Assembly: GCA_964016885.1 (NCBI GenBank)
Contig: OZ024745.1
Span: 4,526,001-4,590,000, forward strand
Length of the DNA stretch: 64,000 nucleotides
Reading direction: 5' to 3'
From: Eledone cirrhosa
Lineage: Eukaryota
In this document: piece by piece, positions 12,001 to 23,700 of the stretch
Layout: the number at the start of each line of letters is the position of its first letter
Numbering within the stretch: the stretch's first letter is position 1
Notes under the pieces: generated by a model
Seen by the model: the letters and a program-made list of their open reading frames with translations, nothing else
Database searches by the model: none
What the model was told of the DNA's origin: nothing
Position numbers and translations under genes: made by a program

Positions 12001-13850
12001 CTCTTCTCTCTCTGAACACCGTGGTATCTGGCTCTCTTCTTTCTTAGAACATCGTGGCATTTGGCTCTCTTCTCTCTCAGAACACCGTGGTATCTGGCTC
12101 TCTTCATTCTTAGAACATCGTGGTATCTGGCTCTCTTCTTTCTTAGAACATCGTGGCATTTGGCTCTCTTCTCTCTCAGAACACCGTGGTATCTGGCTCT
12201 CTTCATTCTTAGAACATCGTGGTATTTGGCTCTCTTCTCTCTTAGAACATCGTGGTATTTGGATCTCTTCTCTCTCAGAACATCGTGGTATTTGGCTCTC
12301 TTCTATCTCAGTGAGAACATCGTGGTATTTGGCTCTCTTCTCTCTCAGAACACCGTGGTATCTGGCTCCCTTCTCTTTTAGGAGATCGTGGTATTTGGCT
12401 CTATTCTCTCTCAGTTAGAACATCGTGGTATTTGGCTCTCTTCTGTCTCAGAACATCGTGGTATTTGGCTCTCTTCTCTCTCAGAACATCGTGGTATTTG
12501 GCTCTCTTCTCTCTCAGAACATCGTGGTATTTGGCTCTCTTCTCTCTCAGTTAGAACATCGTAGTATTTGGCTCTCTTCTGTCTCAGAACATCGTGGTAT
12601 TTGGCTCTCTTCTCTCTCAGTTAGAACATCCTGGTATTTGGCTCTCTTCCATCACAGAACATCGTGGTATTTGGCTCTCTTCTCTCTCAGTTAGAACGTC
12701 CTGGTATTTGGCTCTCTTCTCTCTCAGAACATCGTGGTATTTGGCTCTCTTCTCTCTCAGTTAGAACATCGTAGTATTTGGCTATCTTCTGTCTCAGAAC
12801 ATCGTGGTATTTGGCTCTCTTCTCTCTCAGTTAGAACTCCGTGGTATCTGGGTCTCTTCTCTCTCAGAACATCGTGGTATTTGGGTCTCTTCTCTCTCAG
12901 AACATCGTGGTATTTGGCTCTCTTCACTCCAAGTTAGAACATCGTGGCATTTGGCTCTCTTCTCTCTCAGAACATCGTGGTATCTGGCTCTCTTCTCTCT
13001 TAGAACATCGTGGTATTTGGCTCTCTTCTCTCTCAGTTAGAACATCGTGGTATTTGGCTCTCTTCTCTCTCAGAACATCGTGGTATTTGGCTCTCTTCTC
13101 TCTCAGTTAGAACATCGTGGTATCTGGCTCTCTTCCCTCTTAGAACATCATGGTATCTGGCTCTCGTCTCTCTTAGAACATCGTGGTATTTGGCTCTCTT
13201 CTCTTTTAGAACATCGTGGTATTTGGCTCTCTTCTCTTTTAGAACATCGTGGTATTTGGCTATCTTCTCTCTCAGAACATCGTGGTATTTGGCTCTCTTC
13301 TCTCTCAGTTAGAACATCGTGGTATCTGGCTCTCTTCTCTCTTATTACATCGTGGTATCTGGCTATCTTCTCTCTCAGAACATCGTGGTATTTGGCTCTC
13401 TTCTCTCTCAGTTAGAACATCGTGGTATCTGGCTCTCTTCTCTCTCAGAACATCGTGGTATTTGGCTCTCTTCTCTCTCAGTTAGAACATCGTGGTATCT
13501 GGCTCTCTTCTCACTCAGAACATCGTGGTATTTGGCTCTTTTCTCTCTCAGAACATCGTGGAATTTGGCTCTCTTCTCTCTCAGTTAGAACATCGTGGTA
13601 TCTGGCTCTCTTCTCTCTCAGAACATCGTGGTATCTGGCTATCTTCTCTCTCAGAACATCGTGGTATTTGGCTCTCTTCTCTCTCAGTTAGAACATCGTG
13701 GTATCTGGCTCTCTTCTCTCTCAGAACATCGTGGTATTTGGCTCTTTTCTCTCTCAGAACATCGTGGTATTTGGCACTCTTCTCTCTCAGAAAATCGTGG
13801 TATTTGGCTCTCTTCACTCTCAGTTAGAACATCGTGGCATTTGGCTCTTT
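1..13850 (+). repeat. Near-identical higher-order duplication, offset 8149/8147 bp (1-~5700 repeated at 8150-~13850)
   Basis: Matching ORFs at 66/8215, 92/8241 and 1507/9656 (offset 8149), then 1892/10039 through 5448/13595 (offset 8147) after a 2-bp CT difference near 1741. The rare TGTTAT/GGCAC block appears at ~120-240 and ~8270-8390. Confidence 0.93.
1780..6250 (+). repeat. Nested higher-order units, offsets 1710 and 2085 bp
   Basis: ORF pairs 1995/3705, 2568/4278 and 2984/4694 give offset 1710. Pairs 3466/5551, 11613/13698 and 11852/13937 give offset 2085. Confidence 0.88.
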
Positions 13851-14449
13851 TCTCTTTCAAAACATCGTGGTATCTGGCACTCTTCTCTCTCAGAAAATCG
13901 TGGTATTTGGCTCTCTTCACTCTCAGTTAGAACATCGTGGCATTTGGCTCACTTCTCTCTCAGAAAATCGTGGTATTTGGCTCTCTTCTCTCTCAGAACA
14001 TCGTGGTATTTGGCTCTTTTCTCTCTCAGAACATCGTGGTATTTGGCTCTTTTCTCTCTCAGTTAGAACATCGTGGCATTTGGCTCTCTTCTCTCTCTGA
14101 ACACCGTGGTATCTGGCTCTCTTCTTTCTTAGAACATCGTGGCATTTGGCTCTCTTCTCTCTCAGAACACCGTGGTATCTGGCTCTCTTCATTCTTAGAA
14201 CATCGTGGTATCTGGCTCTCTTCTTTCTTAGAACATCGTGGCATTTGGCTCTCTTCTCTCTCAGAACACCGTGGTATCTGGCTCTCTTCATTCTTAGAAC
14301 ATCGTGGTATTTGGCTCTCTTCTCTCTTAGAACATCGTGGTATTTGGCTCTCTTCTCTCTCAGAACATCGTGGTATTTGGCTCTCTTCTATCTCAGTGAG
14401 AACATCGTGGTATTTGGCTCTCTTCTCTCTCAGAACACCGTGGTATCTG

Positions 14450-17400
14450 GCTCCCTTCTCTTTTAGGAGATCGTGGTATTTGGCTCTATTCTCTCTCAGT
14501 TAGAACATCGTGGTATTTGGCTCTCTTCTGTCTCAGAACATCGTGGTATTTGGCTCTCTTCTCTCTCAGAACATCGTGGTATTTGGCTCTCTTCTCTCTC
14601 AGAACATCGTGGTATTTGGCTCTCTTCTCTCTCAGTTAGAACATCGTAGTATTTGGCTCTCTTCTGTCTCAGAACATCGTGGTATTTGGCTCTCTTCTCT
14701 CTCAGTTAGAACATCCTGGTATTTGGCTCTCTTCCATCACAGAACATCGTGGTATTTGGCTCTCTTCTCTCTCAGTTAGAACGTCCTGGTATTTGGCTCT
14801 CTTCTCTCTCAGAACATCGTGGTATTTGGCTCTCTTCTCTCTCAGTTAGAACATCGTAGTATTTGGCTATCTTCTGTCTCAGAACATCGTGGTATTTGGC
14901 TCTCTTCTCTCTCAGTTAGAACTCCGTGGTATCTGGGTCTCTTCTCTCTCAGAACATCGTGGTATTTGGGTCTCTTCTCTCTCAGAACACCGTGGTATTT
15001 GGCTCTCTTCTCTCTCAGTTAGAACATCGTGGTATTTGGCTCTCTTCTCTCTCAGAACATCGTGGTATTTGGCTCTCTTCTCTCTCAGTTAGAACATCGT
15101 GGTATCTGGCTCTCTTCCCTCTTAGAACATCATGGTATCTGGCTCTCTTCTCTCTTAGAACATCGTGGTATTTGGCTCTCTTCTCTTTTAGAACATCGTG
15201 GTATTTGGCTCTCTTCTCTTTTAGAACATCGTGGTATTTGGCTCTCTTCTCTCTCAGAACATCGTGGTATTTGGCTCTCTTCTCTCTCAGTTAGAACATC
15301 GTGGTATCTGGCTCTCTTCTCTCTTATTACATCGTGGTATCTGGCTATCTTCTCTCTCAGAACATCGTGGTATTTGGCTCTCTTCTCTCTCAGTTAGAAC
15401 ATCGTGGTATCTGGCTCTCTTCTCTCTCAGAACATCGTGGTATTTGGCTCTCTTCTCTCTCAGTTAGAACATCGTGGTATCTGGCTCTCTTCTCACTCAG
15501 AACATCGTGGTATTTGGCTCTTTTCTCTCTCAGAACATCGTGGAATTTGGCTCTCTTCTCTCTCAGTTAGAACATCGTGGTATCTGGCTCTCTTCTCTCT
15601 CAGAACATCGTGGTATCTGGCTATCTTCTCTCTCAGAACATCGTGGTATTTGGCTCTCTTCTGTCTCAGTTAGAACATCGTGGTATCTGGCTCTCTTCTC
15701 TCTCAGAACATCGTGGAATTTGGCTCTCTTCTCTCTCAGTTAGAACATCGTGGTATCTGGCTCTCTTCTCTCTCAGAACACCGTGGTATCTGGCTCTCTT
15801 CTTTCTTAGAACATCGTGGCATTTGGCTCTCTTCTCTCTCAGAACACCGTGGTATCTGTCTCTCTTCATTCTTAGAACATCGTGGTATCTGGCTCTCTTC
15901 TTTCTTAGAACATCGTGGCATTTGGCTCTCTTCTCTCTCAGAACACCGTGGTATCTGGCTCTCTTCATTCTTAGAACATCGTGGTATTTGGCTCTCTTCT
16001 CTCTTAGAACATCGTGGTATTTGGCTCTCTTCTCTCTCAGAACATCGTGGTATTTGGCTCTCTTCTATCTCAGTGAGAACATCGTGGTATTTGGCTCTCT
16101 TCTCTCTCAGAACACCGTGGTATCTGGCTCTCTTCTCTCTCAGAACACCGTGGTATCTGGCTCTCTTCTTTCTTAGAACATCGTGGCATTTGGCTCTCTT
16201 CTCTCTCAGAACACCGTGGTATCTGGCTCTCTTCATTCTTAGAACATCGTGGTATCTGGCTCTCTTCTTTCTTAGAACATCGTGGCATTTGGCTCTCTTC
16301 TCTCTCAGAACACCGTGGTATCTGGCTCTCTTCATTCTTAGAACATCGTGGTATTTGGCTCTCTTCTCTCTTAGAACATCGTGGTATTTGGCTCTCTTCT
16401 CTCTCAGAACATCGTGGTATTTGGCTCTCTTCCCTCTCAGTTAGAACATCGTAGTATTTGGCTCTCTTCTGTCTCAGAACATCTTGGTATTTGGCTCTCT
16501 TCTCTCTCAGTTAGAACATACTGGTATTTGGCTCTCTTCCATCACAGAACATCGTGGTATTTGGCTCTCTTCTCTCGCAGTTAGAACGTCCTGGTATTTG
16601 GCTCTCTTCTCTCTCAGAACATCGTGGTATTTGGCTCTCTTCTCTCTCAGTTAGAACATCGTAGTATTTGGCTCTCTTCTGTCTCAGAACATCGTGGTAT
16701 TTGGCTCTCTTCTCTCTCAGTTAGAACTCCGTGGTATCTGGGTCTGTTCTCTCTCAGAACATCGTGGTATTTGGGTCTCTTCTCTCTCAGAACATCGTGG
16801 TATTTGGCTCTCTTCACTTCCAGTTAGAACATCGTGGCATTTGGCTCTCTTCTCTCTCAGAACATCGTGGTATCTGGCTCTCTTCTCTCTTAGAAGATCG
16901 TGGTATTTGGCTCTCTTCTCTCCCAGTTAGAAGAACGAGGTATATGGCTCTCTTCTCTCTCAGAACATCGTGGTATTTGGCTCTCTTCTCTCTCAGTTAG
17001 AAAATCGTGGTATTTGGCTCTCTTCTCTCTCAGAACATCGTGGTATCATGCTCTCTTCTCTCTCAGAACATCGTGGTATTTGGCTCTCTTCTCTCTCAGT
17101 TAGAACATCGTGGTATTTGGCTCTCTTCTCTCTCAGTTAGAACATCGTGGTATCTGGCTCTCTTCTCTCTTAGAACATCGTGGTATTTGGCTCTCTTCTC
17201 TCTCAGTTAGAACATCGTGGTATTTGGCTCTCTTCTCTCTCAGAACATCGTGGTATTTGGCTCTCTTCTCTCTCAGTTAGAACATCGTGGTATCTGGCTC
17301 TCTTCTCTCTTAGAACATCGTGGTATCTGGCTCTCTTCTCTCTTAGAACATCGTGGTATTTGGCTCTCTTCTCTTTTAGAACATCGTGGTATTTGGCTCT

Positions 17401-20400
17401 CTTCTCTTTTAGAACATCGTGGTATTTGGCTCTCTTCTCTCTCAGAACACCGTGGTATCTGGCTCCCTTCTCTTTTAGGAGATCGTGGTATTTGGCTCTA
17501 TTCTCTCTCAGTTAGAACATCGTGGTATTTGGCTCTCTTCTGTCTCAGAACATCGTGGTATTTGGCTCTCTTCTCTCTCAGAACATCGTGGTATTTGGCT
17601 CTCTTCTCTCTCAGAACATCGTGGTATTTGGCTCTCTTCTCTCTCAGTTAGAACATCGTAGTATTTGGCTCTCTTCTGTCTCAGAACATCGTGGTATTTG
17701 GCTCTCTTCTCTCTCAGTTAGAACATCCTGGTATTTGGCTCTCTTCCATCACAGAACATCGTGGTATTTGGCTCTCTTCTCTCTCAGTTAGAACGTCCTG
17801 GTATTTGGCTCTCTTCTCTCTCAGAACATCGTGGTATTTGGCTCTCTTCTCTCTCAGTTAGAACATCGTAGTATTTGGCTATCTTCTGTCTCAGAACATC
17901 GTGGTATTTGGCTCTCTTCTCTCTCAGTTAGAACTCCGTGGTATCTGGGTCTCTTCTCTCTCAGAACATCGTGGTATTTGGGTCTCTTCTCTCTCAGAAC
18001 ATCGTGGTATTTGGCTCTCTTCACTCCAAGTTAGAACATCGTGGCATTTGGCTCTCTTCTCTCTCAGAACATCGTGGTATCTGGCTCTCTTGTCTCTTAG
18101 AACATCGTGGTATTTGGCTCTCTTCTCTCTCAGTTAGAACATCGTGGTATTTGGCTCTCTTCTCTCTCAGAACATCGTGGTATTTGGCTCTCTTCTCTCT
18201 CAGTTAGAACATCGTGGTATCTGGCTCTCTTCCCTCTTAGAACATCATGGTATCTGGCTCTCTTCTCTCTTAGAACATCGTGGTATTTGGCTCTCTTCTC
18301 TTTTAGAACATCGTGGTATTTGGCTCTCTTCTCTTTTAGAACATCGTGGTATTTGGCTCTCTTCTCTCTCAGAACATCGTGGTATTTGGCTCTCTTCTCT
18401 CTCAGTTAGAACATCGTGGTATCTGGCTCTCTTCTCTCTTATTACATCGTGGTATCTGGCTATCTTCTCTCTCAGAACATCGTGGTATTTGGCTCTCTTC
18501 TCTCTCAGTTAGAACATCGTGGTATCTGGCTCTCTTCTCTCTCAGAACATCGTGGTATTTGGCTCTCTTCTCTCTCAGTTAGAACATCGTGGTATCTGGC
18601 TCTCTTCTCACTCAGAACATCGTGGTATTTGGCTCTTTTCTCTCTCAGAACATCGTGGAATTTGGCTCTCTTCTCTCTCAGTTAGAACATCGTGTTATCT
18701 GGCTCTCTTCTCTCTCAGAACATCGTGGTATCTGGCTATCTTCTCTCTCAGAACATCGTGGTATTTGGCTCTCTTCTGTCTCAGTTAGAACATCGTGGTA
18801 TCTGGCTCTCTTCTCTCTCAGAACATCGTGGAATTTGGCTCTCTTCTCTCTCAGTTAGAACATCGTGGTATCTGGCTCTCTTCTCTCTCAGAACACCGTG
18901 GTATCTGGCTCTCTTCTTTCTTAGAACATCGTGGCATTTGGCTCTCTTCTCTCTCAGAACACCGTGGTATCTGTCTCTCTTCATTCTTAGAACATCGTGG
19001 TATCTGGCTCTCTTCTTTCTTAGAACATCGTGGCATTTGGCTCTCTTCTCTCTCAGAACACCGTGGTATCTGGCTCTCTTCATTCTTAGAACATCGTGGT
19101 ATTTGGCTCTCTTCTCTCTTAGAACATCGTGGTATTTGGCTCTCTTCTCTCTCAGAACATCGTGGTATTTGGCTCTCTTCTATCTCAGTGAGAACATCGT
19201 GGTATTTGGCTCTCTTCTCTCTCAGAACACCGTGGTATCTGGCTCTCTTCTCTCTCAGAACACCGTGGTATCTGGCTCTCTTCTTTCTTAGAACATCGTG
19301 GCATTTGGCTCTCTTCTCTCTCAGAACACCGTGGTATCTGGCTCTCTTCATTCTTAGAACATCGTGGTATCTGGCTCTCTTCTTTCTTAGAACATCGTGG
19401 CATTTGGCTCTCTTCTCTCTCAGAACACCGTGGTATCTGGCTCTCTTCATTCTTAGAACATCGTGGTATTTGGCTCTCTTCTCTCTTAGAACATCGTGGT
19501 ATTTGGCTCTCTTCTCTCTCAGAACATCGTGGTATTTGGCTCTATTCTCTCTCAGTTAGAATATCGTGGTATTTGGCTCTCTTCTGTCTCAGAACATCGT
19601 GGTATTTGGCTCTCTTCTCTCTCAGAACATCGTGGTATTTGGCTCTCTTCTCTCTCAGAACATCGTGGTATTTGGCTCTCTTCCCTCTCAGTTAGAACAT
19701 CGTAGTATTTGGCTCTCTTCTGTCTCAGAATATCTTGGTATTTGGCTCTCTTCTCTCTCAGTTAGAACATACTGGTATTTGGCTCTCTTCCATCACAGAA
19801 CATCGTGGTATTTGGCTCTCTTCTCTCGCAGTTAGAACGTCCTGGTATTTGGCTCTCTTCTCTCTCAGAACATCGTGGTAATTGGCTCTCTTCTCTCTCA
19901 GTTAGAACATCGTAGTATTTGGCTCTCTTCTGTCTCAGAACATCGTGGTATTTGGCTCTCTTCTCTCTCAGTTAGAACTCCGTGGTATCTGGGTCTGTTC
20001 TCTCTCAGAACATCGTGGTATTTGGGTCTCTTCTCTCTCAGAACATCGTGGTATTTGGCTCTCTTCACTTCCAGTTAGAACATCGTGGCATTTGGCTCTC
20101 TTCTCTCTCAGAACATCGTGGTATCTGGCTCTCTTCTCTCTTAGAAGATCGTGGTATTTGGCTCTCTTCTCTCCCAGTTAGAAGAACGAGGTATATGGCT
20201 CTCTTCTCTCTCAGAACATCGTGGTATTTGGCTCTCTTCTCTCTCAGTTAGAAAATCGTGGTATTTGGCTCTCTTCTCTCTCAGAACATCGTGGTATCTG
20301 GCTCTCTTCTCTCTCAGAACATCGTGGTATTTGGCTCTCTTCTCTCTCAGTTAGAACATCGTGGTATTTGGCTCTCTTCTCTCTCAGTTAGAACATCGTG

Positions 20401-20700
20401 GTATCTGGCTCTCTTCTCTCTTAGAACATCGTGGTATTTGGCTCTCTTCTCTCTCAGTTAGAACATCGTGGTATTTGGCTCTCTTCTCTCTCAGAACATC
20501 GTGGTATTTGGCTCTCTTCTCTCTCAGTTAGAACATCGTGGTATCTGGCTCTCTTCTCTCTTAGAACATCGTGGTATCTGGCTCTCTTCTCTCTTAGAAC
20601 ATCGTGGTATTTGGCTCTCTTCTCTTTTAGAACATCGTGGTATTTGGCTCTCTTCTCTTTTAGAACATCGTGGTATTTGGCTCTCTTCTCTCTCAGAACA
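14450..20700 (+). repeat. Tandem higher-order duplication of ~3.0-3.25 kb
   Basis: ORF offsets are 3012 (14510/17522), 3115 (15577/18692) and 3251 (16624/19875, 17180/20431). The steps of 103 and 136 bp equal whole monomer groups. Confidence 0.88.
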
Positions 20701-23700
20701 TCGTGGTATTTGGCTCTCTTCTCTCTCAGTTAGAACATCGTGGTATCTGGCTCTCTTCTCTCTTAGAACATCGTGGTATCTGGCTATCTTCTCTCTCAGA
20801 ACATCGTGGTATTTGGCTCCCTTCTCTCTCAGTTAGAACATCGTGGTATCTGGCTCTCTTCTCTCTCAGAACATCGTGGTATTTGGCTCTCTTCTCTCTC
20901 AGTTAGAACATCGTGGTATCTGGCTCTCTTCTCACTCAGAACATCGTGGTATTTGGCTCTTTTCTCTCTCAGAACATCGTGGTATTTGGCTCTCTTCTCT
21001 CTCAGTTAGAACATCGTGGTATCTGGCTCTCTTCTCACTCAGAACATCGTGGTATTTGGCTCTTTTCTCTCTCAGAACATCGTGGTATTTGGCTCTCTTC
21101 TCTCTCAGTTAGAACATCGTGGTATTTGGCTCTCTTCTCTCTCAGAACATCGTGGTATTTGGCTCTCTTCTCTATCAGAACACCGTGGCATCTGGCTCTC
21201 TTCTCTCTTAGAACATCGTGGTATTTGGCTCTCTTCTCTCCCAGTTAGAAGATCGTGGTATATGGCTCTCTTCTCTCTCAGAACATCGTGGTATTTGGCT
21301 CTCTTCGCTCTCAGTTAGATAATCGTGGTATTTGGCTCTCTTCTCTCTTAGAACATCGTGGTATTTGGCTCTCTTCTCTCTCAGAACATCGTGGTATTTG
21401 GCTCTTTTCTCTCTCAGAACATCGTGGTATTTGGCTCTTTTCTCTCTCAGTTAGAACATCGTGGCATTTGGCTCTCTTCTCTCTCTGAACACCGTGGTAT
21501 CTGGCTCTCTTCTTTCTTAGAACATCGTGGCATTTGGCTCTCTTCTCTCTCAGAACACCGTGGTATCTGGCTCTCTTCTTTCTTAGAACATCGTGGTATC
21601 TGGCTCTCTTCTTTCTTAGAACATCGTGGCATTTGGCTCTCTTCTCTCTCAGAACACCGCGGTATCTGGCTCTCTTCATTCTTAGAACATCGTGGTATCT
21701 GGCTCTCTTCTTTCTTAGAACATCGTGGCATTTGGCTCTCTTCTCTCTCAGAACACCGTGGTATCTGGCTCTCTTCATTCTTAGAACATCGTGGTATTTG
21801 GCTCTCTTCTCTCTTAGAACATCGTGGTATTTGGCTCTCTTCTCTCTCAGAACATCGTGGTATTTGGCTCTCTTCTCTCTCAGTGAGAACATCGTGGTAT
21901 TTGGCTCTCTTCTCTCTCAGAACACCGTGGTATCTGGCTCCGTTCTCTTTTAGGAGATCGTGGTATTTGGCTCTATTCTCTCTCAGTTAGAACATCGTGG
22001 TATTTGGCTCTCTTCTGTATCAGAACATCGTGGTATTTGGTTCTCTTCTCTCTCAGAACATCGTGGTATTTGGCTCTCTTCTGTTTCAGAACATCGTGGT
22101 ATTTGGCTCTCTTCTCTCTCAGTTAGAACGTCCTGGTATTTGGCTCTCTTCTCTCTCAGAACATCGTGGTATTTGGCTCTCTTCTCTCTCAGTTAGAACA
22201 TCGTAGTATTTGGCTCTCTTCTGTTTCAGAACATCGTGGTATTTGGCTCTCTTCTCTCTCAGTTAGAACACCGTGGTATTTGGGTCTCTTCTCTCTCAGA
22301 ACATCGTGGTATCTGGCTCTCTTCTCTCTTAGAACATCGTGGTATTTGGCTCTCTTCTCTCTCAGTTAGAACATCGTGGTATCTGGCTATCTTCTCTCTC
22401 AGAACATCGTGGTATCTGGCTCTCTTCTCTCTCAGAACATCGTGGTATCTGGCTCTCTACTCTCTTAGAACATCGTGGTATTTGGCTCTCTTCTCTCCCA
22501 GTTAGAAGATCGTGGTATATGCCTCTCTTCTCTCTCAGAACATCGTGGTATTTGGCTCTCTTCTCTCTCAGTTAGAAAATCGTGGTATTTGGCTCTCTTC
22601 TGTCTCAGAACATCGTGGTATCTGGCTCTCTTCTCTCTCAGAACATCGTGGTATTTGGCTCTCTTCTCTCTCAGTTAGAACATCGTGGTATCTGGCTCTC
22701 TTCTCTCTTAGAACATCGTGGTATTTGGCTCTCTTCTCTCTCAGTTAGAACATCGTGGTATTTGGCTCTCTTCTCTATCAGAACATCGTGGTATTTGGCT
22801 CTCTTCTCTCTCAGTTAGAACATCGTGGTATCTGTCTCTCTTCTCTCTTAGAACATCGTGGTATCTGGCTCTCTTCTCTCTTAGAACATCGTGGTATTTG
22901 GCTCTCTTCTCTTTTAGAACATCGTGGTATTTGGCTCTCTTCTCTTTTAGAACATCGTGGTATTGTGCTCTCTTCTCTCTCAGAACATCGTGGTATTTGG
23001 CTCTCTTCTCTCTCAGTTAGAACATCGTAGTATTTGGCTCTCTTCTGTCTCAGAACATCGTGGTATTTGGCTCTCTTCTCTCTCAGTTACAACATCCTGG
23101 TATTTGGCTCTCTTCCCCCACAGAACATCGTGGTATTTGGCTCTCTTCTCTCTCAGTTAGAACATCCTGGTATTTGGCTCTCTTCTGTCTCAGAACATCG
23201 TGGTATTTGGCTCACTTCTCTCTCAGTTAGAACATCCTGGTATTTGGCTCTCTTCCCTCACTGAACATCGTGGTATTTGGCTCTCTTCTCTCTCAGTTAG
23301 AACATCCTGGTATTTGGCTCTCTTCTCTCTCAGAACATCGTGGTATTTGGCTCTCTTCTCTCTCAGTTAGAACATCGTAGTATTTGGATCTCTTCTGTCT
23401 CAGAACATCGTTGTATTTGGCTCTCTTCTCTCTCAGTTAGAACACCGTGGTATTTGGTTCTCTTCTCTCTCAGAACATCGTGGTATCTGGCTCTCTTCTC
23501 TCTCAGAACACCGTGGTATCTGGCTCTCTTCTTTCTTAGAACATCGTGGCATTTGGCTCTCTTCTCTCTCAGAACACCGTGGTATCTGGCTCTCTTCATT
23601 CTTAGAACATCGTGGTATCTGGCTCTCTTCTTTCTTAGAACATCGTGGCATTTGGCTCTCTTCTCTCTCAGAACACCGTGGTATCTGGCTCTCTTCATTC

